Positions 1-8,075 of a stretch of DNA of 46,708 nt are shown here, in pieces. The DNA is taken from NCBI GenBank assembly GCA_964635245.1, contig CAZWNS010000003.1:29457-76164 (forward strand). Reading direction: 5' to 3'. The translations under genes and the position numbers were made by a program. Each line of letters begins with the position of its first letter. Position 1 is the stretch's first letter. The notes below the pieces were generated by a model. That model worked only from the letters and a program-made list of their open reading frames with translations. It ran no database searches and had not been told where the DNA came from. This DNA comes from an uncultured Spirochaetaceae bacterium (GTDB lineage Bacteria; Spirochaetota; Spirochaetia; DSM-27196; PWMO01).

Positions 1-1471
1 CAGGTGCGGCGGGCTCGGCGTGGTCCTCCGCCCGTGCCCCCTGCGGTGGGTGGAGGGGTGCGAAGCGGGCCTCGTAGTCGGCACTCGCACCGCCCATCGC
101 CCGCGCGAAAACGGAGTTGAAGAACGAGATCAGCTCCGGCGCGCTTCGATAGTTGAAGGGGAGCTCGAGCGCGTCCCCGCCGGCCGCCGCAAGCTCCTCG
201 GAAAGCCTCTTGAACACGCTCACGTCGGCGCCGCGAAAGCGATAGATGGACTGTTTCTCATCACCTACGAAAAAGAGCTTCTGCGGATCGAGCTGCGCCG
301 CGCCGACCGTGCCGTCGCGCTCCGGCGAAGCGCCGGAACGCAGCGAGAGCAGATACAGAAGCTCCTTCTGCAGGTCGTTGTTGTCCTGGAACTCGTCGAT
401 CATGATGTAGCGAAAGCGGCGGATGTAGTACTCGCGCAGCGAGGGATCACTCTTGAGAAGGTCGACGGCGAGCTCCATCACATCCCGGTAGGAGAGCAGG
501 CCGCGGCGACGTTTCTCCGCGCGCACCTGCTCCTCGAAGGCTCCCACGAGCCGGTAGAGCTCGGCAAGGTCGTCGCGCACGAGAAACGTATCAACGAGCT
601 TCGTGATCTCCCCCGTGAGCCGCCGTATTTCGTCGACGCAGGACTTGTAGGTCTCGACGGCATCGGGCTTGCCGGCTCCGGTGCGCTTGCTGATGAGCGA
701 TGCCGCAGCCGTCAACCCGTCCAGTCCCTCCGGCGGTCGATCCGTCTGCGCCGGAGCCCAGCCGGGCTCGAGGGACACGCCGGCGAGCGCCTCCTGCGCC
801 GCGGCGATCGCCCTCGACGACGGTTCCAGCGACATAAGCGTACCCGACACCGCATCGAGCTCCGCGAGGCGCCGGCGGTACAGGTTCCCCAGCTCCCGCA
901 TCTGGGCCGAGAGCCAGGCCGCGGGATTCTGCTCCCTCGAAACGAGGACGTAATCTCGTGCGAGCATCGCGAAGCCGTTGCTGCGAACCGCATCGAAGCC
1001 GTTGAGCGCGATGAAACGGGCGAGCACCGGATTGTGCCGGTTGTCGAGCAGGAAGGCGAGCGCGGCGTCTTCGGAGAGTCGATGGATTTCATCCTCGTCG
1101 ACACGAAAGCTCGTCGGCACCCCGAAGCGCGTGCACCCGTTTCGGGCGATCTGTCCACAGAAGCTGTCGACGGTGGAGATCCGGGCCGTCTCGAATCGTC
1201 CGAGCTGCTCGGCGACAAAGGGAACGTGGCGATAGTCGCTGAGGCCGCGAAAGATACGCTCGTGCATCTCCGCGGCTGCCTTCCGGGTGAAGGTTAGCGT
1301 GAGGATGCGATCGACCGGCACCTGCTCATCGAGCACCAGGCGCAGGTAGCGCTCGGAGAGCACGCGCGTCTTGCCGGAGCCCGCGCCCGCCGTCACGACC
1401 GCGTTTCGCCGTGAGTCAACCGCCTTCCGCTGTCTCTCATCGAGCGTAACTCTGCGATGCGCCACCGACAT
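1..1471 (-). CDS. addA: UvrD/AddA-family ATP-dependent helicase(-nuclease), N-terminal part; runs off window start
   Basis: Not in the ORF track (truncated). Manual translation from ATG at 1471 gives MSVAHRRVTLDERQRKAVDSRRNAVVTAGAGSGKTRVLSERYL...ILTLTFTRKAAAEM (Q motif, Walker A, motif Ia); later IMIDEFQD (Walker B) and VGDEKQSIYRFRGADV (motif III). Starts 2 bp after the addB-like stop. Confidence 0.9.
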   Translation of the reverse strand, partial: MSVAHRRVTLDERQRKAVDSRRNAVVTAGAGSGKTRVLSERYLRLVLDEQVPVDRILTLTFTRKAAAEMHERIFRGLSDYRHVPFVAEQLGRFETARISTVDSFCGQIARNGCTRFGVPTSFRVDEDEIHRLSEDAALAFLLDNRHNPVLARFIALNGFDAVRSNGFAMLARDYVLVSREQNPAAWLSAQMRELGNLYRRRLAELDAVSGTLMSLEPSSRAIAAAQEALAGVSLEPGWAPAQTDRPPEGLDGLTAAASLISKRTGAGKPDAVETYKSCVDEIRRLTGEITKLVDTFLVRDDLAELYRLVGAFEEQVRAEKRRRGLLSYRDVMELAVDLLKSDPSLREYYIRRFRYIMIDEFQDNNDLQKELLYLLSLRSGASPERDGTVGAAQLDPQKLFFVGDEKQSIYRFRGADVSVFKRLSEELAAAGGDALELPFNYRSAPELISFFNSVFARAMGGASADYEARFAPLHPPQGARAEDHAEPAAP

Positions 1472-1473
1472 AC

Positions 1474-4206
1474 CTACCCCGTCACGAATCTCGCCCGGCA
1501 GATGCCGGGGAAGGAACAGGACTCACATCCACCGCGCAGGTCGGGAAAGCGAAAATCCCCCCGCCTGAGCCCGTCGAGCATGGCGACCGCAGCCAGCCGT
1601 GCCGCCTGCCGGGAGGCGTCGAGGGCCTCCTCATCGAGGACGGCCTTCTCACCCCCGCCGAAGACCGCAAGATAACGTGCCTTCTCCACGGAATAGAGGT
1701 AGAGCCCCGCAACGTTCCGGCCGAGCCGGGAGAGAATCTCGGCGTAGAGGGGCAGCTGGAGCTCCTCCGGCTGCGTCGGGTCGGCGGGGTCGACCCGGAA
1801 CGCCTTCTGTGTGGGGAGGCGGCTCTTCTTGTAATCGATAACCGCCGCACCGGCCGGGCCGGCCATCCGCCGGTCCATGAATCCGCCGAGCACCACATCC
1901 TCTTCGAAATCAACCCACTCGTAGCGCTCGAGGACTTCGATCCGCCATCCATCGAAGCGCCGCGCGTCTTCCTCGATGAGCGCATGCATGCTCTCTTCGA
2001 GCCTGACCCGCAGCGCCACGACCTCCGCCGGAGAGAGGGAGGTCCGCCGTATCGCCCATTCCTCGGTAACCTCGGTCGCCGTCGGCGCGACCCACCGGTG
2101 GTAGAGCTCGGCATCCTCGCGGCGAAACACCCCTGAATGCTCGAGAATTCGCTCGAACAGTCGCTCGAAGCCCCGGTGGTACGTCCGCCCGGCATCGGCG
2201 GCCGCGCGGGCGCCACGCGTATAGGCATCGGGATCGAGGCGCAGGAGTGTTCCGAGCAGATACCCGAAGGGACAGTGGCGATAGCTTCGCACGTCGCTCG
2301 GGGAGAGTCGAATCCGCCCCTCCTCGGTGTGCCGTGAGGCGCGCAGGCGGACGCGAAGGGCGTCGTCGTCGACGGCGGTCTGCGACCAGTCGGGCAGGCG
2401 CGCTCCGAACCCCGTGGCGCTCATGTGGGAGAGCCCGCTCAGCTGCTGCTCGTACACCCGGGCAGGGGGCGACTCATCACCGGTAACGTACTCACGCTCG
2501 GCGTCGAAGGGGTCCGCCGCGGCTTCGCCCCGACGGATTGCCTGCACAAGGCCCCGCTCGGCGAACCAGCTCGGCGGCAGATCGGGGCCGGAGAAGCTCT
2601 CCCGCGAGTAGCTTGCCGCCACCGTCCGGCCGGAAACCGCGTATGCCGCCGCATAGTCGTCGGAGAGATCAATGTCGGTGAGGCCGAGGCGCTCCTTCTC
2701 GTCGTCGCGCAGGAAGGCGTACGGGGAATGCAGGAACCGCATGCGGGAGTGCGAGGCGTTCACCAGGAAGTGGTACCGCGGCTCGATACCCGCGGCAACG
2801 CGGTAGGGGTAGATCGCGACCCCGGGTGCGGGATCGCGAGGCACGTACACCCGCGATCTGAGCGCCCGCAGCCACGCGTCGAACGGCCGGCGGGGATTCA
2901 ACCCGAAGCGCTCGGATGCGTCGATGAGATCCGCGAGCTCCTCGAGACAGCTCTGAAATACCGGCAACTGCGTCGGGCTCCACGCCGCGGTGTCGAGAAA
3001 GACACCAAAGAACTTGTAGAGCACACCGCGAAGCCGGCCGAACGAGTCGGCATCGGCGAGGGCGCGGGTCTGAGCCCGTAACCGACGGTAGAGCTCGCGC
3101 TCCGCGTGGTAGTTCTCCCCCCCGAGCGCCGGGAGCCACACATCCCGTTCCACCCCGTCTTCGCGGTAGCTTCTCAGGCAACCCCGCTCGATTCCGAGCC
3201 GGATCACCCGTCTCATAGCTGCCGGATCGGTCCACGGCACCGCGTGATCGAGAAGCAGAGCCTGCATCGCCTCGAGGCCGTAGCCCGCCCGCGGGAGGGC
3301 GTGCAGGTTTTCGAACAGGCGCCCGGCCGGATAGGAGGTCAGCGGTCGGCCGGCCCGCACGCCGGTCGGAATGCTACGCCTGCGGCAGGCGTCCTCGAGG
3401 TACGTGAGGAAGGCGTCGGTTCCGCAGACCGTAATCGCAATCTCGCGCGGAGCCACCCCGTCGTCGAGAAGGGTCTCGAGGTGGGCGCAGAGGTCGCGGA
3501 TTTCCGCGCGCGAAGTCTCGTACTCCCGCATCACCGGACCGGCCGGCGGATTCACCCGCTCACCGTCGGCGCCGGCCGCCGCAGCCCCCGCCTCCTCGGC
3601 GGTGACGCCGAGGAGGCGGACCGCCTGATGGTCGCGAAGCGCCGGCTCGAACTCGGCGAAGTCGGTGATGAGCCGCGGATGGAAGATCACGTACTGCCGC
3701 CGTCCGGGCTCGAAGCGCTGCACCTCCCAGGCGGGCTCGAAGAGCCCGTGCGAATCGAGAAAGCGCCGATATCTGCGGGAGAGCTCCCGCACATCGGCCC
3801 GGAGGCCGGACTCGAGTCCCTCGTAGACTTCCGCGGCGGTGAGCGCGGCCAGGGTCGGCAGGAGAGATTCGATGTCCGACGCGAAGCCGTCGGCCTCCGT
3901 AGCGTAACGGGGATCGACGACGCGCGAGAGGAACGGGCTATCGGCGTTTTCAGCAATCAGGGCATCGGCGAAGAGCATGCGGGTCGCTCGATTCACCGGA
4001 GCGAGCTCCGCCCGCTCCTGCAGAACCTGTTCCTTGAAGGTGTCCCATGAGACAAATCGATCGGCGCGCACCGCGCGGGTCGCGCTCCGGCGGGCGGTCT
4101 CATCGCGCCAGAAGGCGGCGGCGACCTCCGAAGGGAACACGAAGATCACCTCGGGTCGGGGGAGGTCCGCTTCGATTGTCGGGAATATGGACCGGGTCGC
4201 CGCCAT
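1474..4206 (-). CDS. addB: AddB-like PD-(D/E)XK nuclease subunit with Fe-S cluster cysteines
   Basis: C-terminal LSPSD..YRHCPF, GFMDRR..VIDYKK, QLPLY and CESCSFPGICR motifs; paired with addA. Start trimmed to ATG 4206 (MAATRS), because the longer ORF overlaps an opposite-strand gene. Confidence 0.8.
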   Translation of the reverse strand: MAATRSIFPTIEADLPRPEVIFVFPSEVAAAFWRDETARRSATRAVRADRFVSWDTFKEQVLQERAELAPVNRATRMLFADALIAENADSPFLSRVVDPRYATEADGFASDIESLLPTLAALTAAEVYEGLESGLRADVRELSRRYRRFLDSHGLFEPAWEVQRFEPGRRQYVIFHPRLITDFAEFEPALRDHQAVRLLGVTAEEAGAAAAGADGERVNPPAGPVMREYETSRAEIRDLCAHLETLLDDGVAPREIAITVCGTDAFLTYLEDACRRRSIPTGVRAGRPLTSYPAGRLFENLHALPRAGYGLEAMQALLLDHAVPWTDPAAMRRVIRLGIERGCLRSYREDGVERDVWLPALGGENYHAERELYRRLRAQTRALADADSFGRLRGVLYKFFGVFLDTAAWSPTQLPVFQSCLEELADLIDASERFGLNPRRPFDAWLRALRSRVYVPRDPAPGVAIYPYRVAAGIEPRYHFLVNASHSRMRFLHSPYAFLRDDEKERLGLTDIDLSDDYAAAYAVSGRTVAASYSRESFSGPDLPPSWFAERGLVQAIRRGEAAADPFDAEREYVTGDESPPARVYEQQLSGLSHMSATGFGARLPDWSQTAVDDDALRVRLRASRHTEEGRIRLSPSDVRSYRHCPFGYLLGTLLRLDPDAYTRGARAAADAGRTYHRGFERLFERILEHSGVFRREDAELYHRWVAPTATEVTEEWAIRRTSLSPAEVVALRVRLEESMHALIEEDARRFDGWRIEVLERYEWVDFEEDVVLGGFMDRRMAGPAGAAVIDYKKSRLPTQKAFRVDPADPTQPEELQLPLYAEILSRLGRNVAGLYLYSVEKARYLAVFGGGEKAVLDEEALDASRQAARLAAVAMLDGLRRGDFRFPDLRGGCESCSFPGICRARFVTG

Positions 4207-4266
4207 GAAAATGCGTAATCGAGCATAGCCTTTCTTCCGAAACATGAGAATAGGGAGGATGCCACA

Positions 4267-4494
4267 GTGACCAACATGCGACGCAAGAAACACTACAGGG
4301 TGAAGGGCATCGCCGGAGTGGAGACCTACCTCGAACTCATGCGCGAGGAACCCGAAGGGTACCGCATTCTGATCCGAACCTACTCCGAGCACGGATCGGT
4401 GAGGGAATCGGAGGAGTTCATCAGCTTTCACCTCTTCGACGCCTGCGTGCGCACCGGCTACCTCACCGAATGCCGCGAGGCCGTGCCGGCGTAG
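4267..4494 (+). CDS. small hypothetical protein (75 aa)
   Basis: GGAGG 8 nt upstream of GTG; fills the gap between addB and the tRNA; protein-like composition. Confidence 0.7.
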   Translation: MTNMRRKKHYRVKGIAGVETYLELMREEPEGYRILIRTYSEHGSVRESEEFISFHLFDACVRTGYLTECREAVPA

Positions 4495-4525
4495 ACCACC
4501 TGCGGACTCCGACCGTCCCGGCAAC

Positions 4526-4555
4526 TTGACAATCAACACGCTTTGCGAATACTAT
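4526..4555 (+). promoter_or_regulatory. sigma70-type promoter for tRNA-Ala
   Basis: TTGACA (4526-4531)-N18-TACTAT (4550-4555), 15 nt before the tRNA. Confidence 0.7.
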
Positions 4556-4570
4556 CTGTTCACGATCCGT

Positions 4571-4644
4571 GGGGGTGTAGCTCAGTTGGCTAGAGTACCT
4601 GAATGGCATTCAGGGGGTCACGGGTTCGAATCCCGTCACCTCCA
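4571..4644 (+). tRNA. tRNA-Ala(GGC)
   Basis: Acceptor stem GGGGGTG/CACCTCC with the G3:U70 Ala identity pair; anticodon arm CCTGA-ATGGCAT-TCAGG; T-loop GGTTCGAATCC; discriminator A; CCA not encoded. Confidence 0.97.
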
Positions 4645-4673
4645 AGACCCACTTTTCGCGTGCTGATACGTTC

Positions 4674-6335
4674 ATGGCGGACAACTTCGATCAGACAGGC
4701 GAACCCAACTTCGACGAAACGGATGTCTCCGAACTCCTCCCGGTCGAGGAGGACACTCATGAAGGTCCCATGAGCGATGCGGGCGATGTGCCCGATTTCT
4801 CCGAGCTCTTCGAGGAGGCGGAGTCCAAGACATCCCGGTCCTCGACGGACGTGGCTCCGAATACCGAGCGCGAGTCCTTTCGGGTCCCCGAGAAGCTTCA
4901 TGAACAGCCCAAGCCTTATTTCAACGACAAGAAGTTCTACCAGAAGGTCCTCACCGGAGAGGGGGAGCCGGCCAAGCGGTTGCACGCTCAGCTCGGCGCC
5001 TTTCTGAACGCGGCGGACTCCAAAGAGCGCTCCACCTACCGGGTTCGACTCATTACCGCGTTCTGGGAGGTTGCGACAAGCATCGCCGGTAAGATCAACT
5101 CCGGCCTCCCCGAGCCGAAGATCATCTTCCTGCGCTTCGCCGCATTGCTGCCGACCATCATCTCGCCCGAGCAGCGGAACATGATTTCGAGCGTCATCTT
5201 CGAGAATAAGACCGGCGAACCGATTCACTACGTGGACGAGTGGCTGACGGAGGTCTCCCGCGGACGGATAAACCCCTCCGCCGTCGACGAGACGAAGGCG
5301 GCCAGGAAGGACGACGCGAACCGCGTCAATGCCGCACTCGAAAAGACGCGAGGAAAGTATCAGAGCCAGATAACGGTCATCCGCAATCGCATCAGCGAGA
5401 TCGAGGAGCAGGAAGGATTGTTGCGCGACCGCGCGGACCTCGTCTCCCGCCACGCACCGGCCGCGGGCTTCGACGATCTGAGCGCACCGTACAACGAGGA
5501 ACAGAGGGCCGCGCTCGGCGATATGACCACGATTCTGCGTAAGCTCGGAACCCTCAACAAGGACCTTGCAAGGGAATATCAGGAGCTCGACACGATATCC
5601 GAGCAGCTGGAGAACCTCGAGGGAAAGGAGTCCGACACCGCCGCCGTCGATACAAAAACGGTCGTCGCCGAAATGCGAACGATCCGACAGATGGCAAAGC
5701 TGTGCGTGGGCCGACAGGGGAACCATTTCCCGGTCCTCATGAAGCACTACCTGAAGGGCGGATTCGCGGACATCGGTGTCCGGGAGAACGTCATCAAGAT
5801 ACTTGCCGATGTCGAGTACCTCGATCCGGGGATCTTCGAGCGGACCTTCAAACGGCAGACAAACCGCATCGTGCCGAACATCATCCTCATCCCCTGCTAC
5901 GGGGACCAGGGCGTGTGCTGGGAACCCTTCGAGCGGTTCAACCGCGCCACGAGCCGTGCGCGCGTGGCCATTCCCATGTATCCGAAAGATCTGCGCACCG
6001 CGATCATCGCTGCGGTCGGCGACCTCCGCTGGCAGGTCGCCAAGGAAAAGGCGCAGCACTACTGGATGGAAGAGGGACTCACCGGATGGTACTACCAGTG
6101 GTTCGCCGAGCGGAAGATGAAAGGCGACGTGAAGGACGCCTTCGTTCAGGATTACATTCTGTGGATCACCCGTGAGAGCGAGGGCACGCAGAAACTCGAT
6201 CGTGAAGTCCGGGACATCTTCTGGCGCTACATACCCTTTCCGCAGGACGTCAAGGAAAAGCTCAAGAATCGGGGCTTCGTCTACACCGAGCTTTACAAGA
6301 AGGACAAGAACCGGGCGATGTCCGACGGCTATTAG
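4674..6335 (+). CDS. conserved hypothetical protein (553 aa; acidic N-terminus, central coiled coil, aromatic-rich C-terminal domain)
   Basis: Long ORF with typical codon bias, 29 nt downstream of the tRNA; no catalytic motif recognised. Confidence 0.8.
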   Translation: MADNFDQTGEPNFDETDVSELLPVEEDTHEGPMSDAGDVPDFSELFEEAESKTSRSSTDVAPNTERESFRVPEKLHEQPKPYFNDKKFYQKVLTGEGEPAKRLHAQLGAFLNAADSKERSTYRVRLITAFWEVATSIAGKINSGLPEPKIIFLRFAALLPTIISPEQRNMISSVIFENKTGEPIHYVDEWLTEVSRGRINPSAVDETKAARKDDANRVNAALEKTRGKYQSQITVIRNRISEIEEQEGLLRDRADLVSRHAPAAGFDDLSAPYNEEQRAALGDMTTILRKLGTLNKDLAREYQELDTISEQLENLEGKESDTAAVDTKTVVAEMRTIRQMAKLCVGRQGNHFPVLMKHYLKGGFADIGVRENVIKILADVEYLDPGIFERTFKRQTNRIVPNIILIPCYGDQGVCWEPFERFNRATSRARVAIPMYPKDLRTAIIAAVGDLRWQVAKEKAQHYWMEEGLTGWYYQWFAERKMKGDVKDAFVQDYILWITRESEGTQKLDREVRDIFWRYIPFPQDVKEKLKNRGFVYTELYKKDKNRAMSDGY

Positions 6336-6394
6336 TGTCACCCTGCCTGTATTCGCCGTCGGATAGGTGACGCCTATCCAACGCGGGCGGCGGG

Positions 6395-6667
6395 CTACCG
6401 CCGCGGGAAGATCGGACCGAAGTACTTCTCGAGATCGTATTTCTGCGATAGCCGGCGCACAAACCGATGGTAGATCACGTAGGTGGCCACGATCGAGAGG
6501 ACGAACAGGACCATCAGGATGTAGACCCCGATATTGGCCGGAATCAGGGGGGCCAGAAACCTGCCGAAAATTACGAAGAGCACCAGGAACAGCACCATCA
6601 TGATGATGATGTTTGCGACGGTCGCCCCGATGACGAATAGCACCGTGTTCACTCGTTTGTTCATCAT
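6395..6667 (-). CDS. small two-TM membrane protein coupled to lspA
   Basis: MMNKRVNTVLFVIGAT...; ATGA overlap with the lspA stop; two hydrophobic helices. Confidence 0.75.
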   Translation of the reverse strand: MMNKRVNTVLFVIGATVANIIIMMVLFLVLFVIFGRFLAPLIPANIGVYILMVLFVLSIVATYVIYHRFVRRLSQKYDLEKYFGPIFPRR

Positions 6668-7188
6668 TCCTCCCGCGTCTCGGCAACGAGCACGCTGATC
6701 ACCAGCAGCGTCCCGCACACGACCACGCTCGCATCGGCGACGTTGAATGTGGGCCACCGCTCGAGACCGAAGAGACCGTAGAACTTCACGTCCACGAAAT
6801 CGACCACACCCTCGGGCCGGAACACTCGGTCGATGAGGTTTCCGACTCCACCCCCGACGATGCCCGCGATGGACCAGCGCTCGAGCGCCGTGAACCGTTC
6901 GCCGTTGCGAAAATAGTAGACGAGAAGCCCCACTATCACCACAACGGGAAACAGGATGAAGGCCACGCGGCGGATCGCCACCGGCAGGGTCGCGCCGAGA
7001 CTGAACGCGATACCGGGGTTGCGCGCATGGATAAGCCGCAACACGTCACCAAAGACCTCGATATAGAAGCCACGCTCATACACGGGCTCGATATAGGCGA
7101 CGATCACCTGCTTGGTGATCTGATCGAGAATGACGATGGCAAGGGTCAGCAGAAACGGTACGAGCAGGTACCGGCCGGTTTGCGTCAC
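6664..7188 (-). CDS. lspA: lipoprotein signal peptidase II
   Basis: DQITK, NPGIAFS, GGGVGNLIDR, VVDF, FNVAD motifs. Confidence 0.96.
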   Translation of the reverse strand: MTQTGRYLLVPFLLTLAIVILDQITKQVIVAYIEPVYERGFYIEVFGDVLRLIHARNPGIAFSLGATLPVAIRRVAFILFPVVVIVGLLVYYFRNGERFTALERWSIAGIVGGGVGNLIDRVFRPEGVVDFVDVKFYGLFGLERWPTFNVADASVVVCGTLLVISVLVAETREE

Positions 7189-7198
7189 GATGTTTCCT

Positions 7199-7960
7199 TC
7201 AGAGTCCGGTGGGTACGTCCACGAATGTGGTCTCGAGACCGAGCTCGGCGGACAGGAGCTCTGCGACCGCTTTCACTCCCCAGACTTCGGTGTTGTAATG
7301 GCCGCCGAAGATCACGTTCGTGCCCGCCTCGAGCGCCTCATGGTAGATGGTGTGGGACGCGTCTCCGGTCACGTAGAGATCGATCTTTTTCGCGATAGCC
7401 TCGCTCACTAACCTGGGGGCTCCCCCCGAGACGCACGCCACCGACCGCACCTTCTCCGGCCCGAAGGGAAGCACCGAGAGGACTTCCTGCCGACCGCCGA
7501 ACAGCGAGTCGCAGACCGCCCCCACGTCTGCAGGCTCGGGCAGCACCCCCGATACTCCGATCGGCGATCCGTGATAGGAACCGAACGGACGGACCTGCTG
7601 CAGTCCCAGCTGCCTCGCCATGCGGGCGTTGTTTCCCAGCGACGGGTGCATGTCGAGGGGAAGGTGGGCGGCATAGAGCGCAAGATCCTGCTCGATGAGG
7701 AAGCGGATGCGCTCGTAATGGGCGCCCGCGACGGCCGACTCGTGCCCCCAGAACAGGCCGTGATGCACGAACAGCACGTCTGCACCCCACTCCGTCGCGC
7801 GACGGAAGCTCTCCATGCAGGCATCCACCGCCACGGCAACCCTGGATACGCGGGTCTCACGCCGCTGAACCTGAATCCCGTTCAGCGAAGGATCCTCGCC
7901 GCGCATCGCGTCGATGGACAACGTCGATCGAAGATACCGATCGAGATCGCTCAGTTGCAT
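7199..7960 (-). CDS. Nif3-like dinuclear metal-centre protein
   Basis: NGIQV, VHHGLFW, YAAHLPLDMHPSLGNN, GHYNTE motifs; start set at ATG 7960. Confidence 0.92.
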   Translation of the reverse strand: MQLSDLDRYLRSTLSIDAMRGEDPSLNGIQVQRRETRVSRVAVAVDACMESFRRATEWGADVLFVHHGLFWGHESAVAGAHYERIRFLIEQDLALYAAHLPLDMHPSLGNNARMARQLGLQQVRPFGSYHGSPIGVSGVLPEPADVGAVCDSLFGGRQEVLSVLPFGPEKVRSVACVSGGAPRLVSEAIAKKIDLYVTGDASHTIYHEALEAGTNVIFGGHYNTEVWGVKAVAELLSAELGLETTFVDVPTGL

Positions 7961-8075
7961 TTCGCCATTATAGCCGTCGGGCCGCATTTTTCAAGGCGGG
8001 ACGGCCCCTGCACATGCCGGCGTCTGCAGGGCGGGTTGTTTTCGACGGCCGCTGATACTATCTTATGCGCGGACC

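Noticed and set aside
20-1297. 425-aa plus-strand ORF and other long antisense ORFs (e.g. 4590-6686, 8058-9440, 24666-26165, 37595-38893)
   Set aside because: Shadow ORFs opposite motif-bearing genes; expected from high-GC codon bias, with no recognisable domains.
4571-4680. tRNA-Ala as a possible island integration site
   Set aside because: No integrase, no duplicated tRNA 3' end seen, and no compositional shift downstream.
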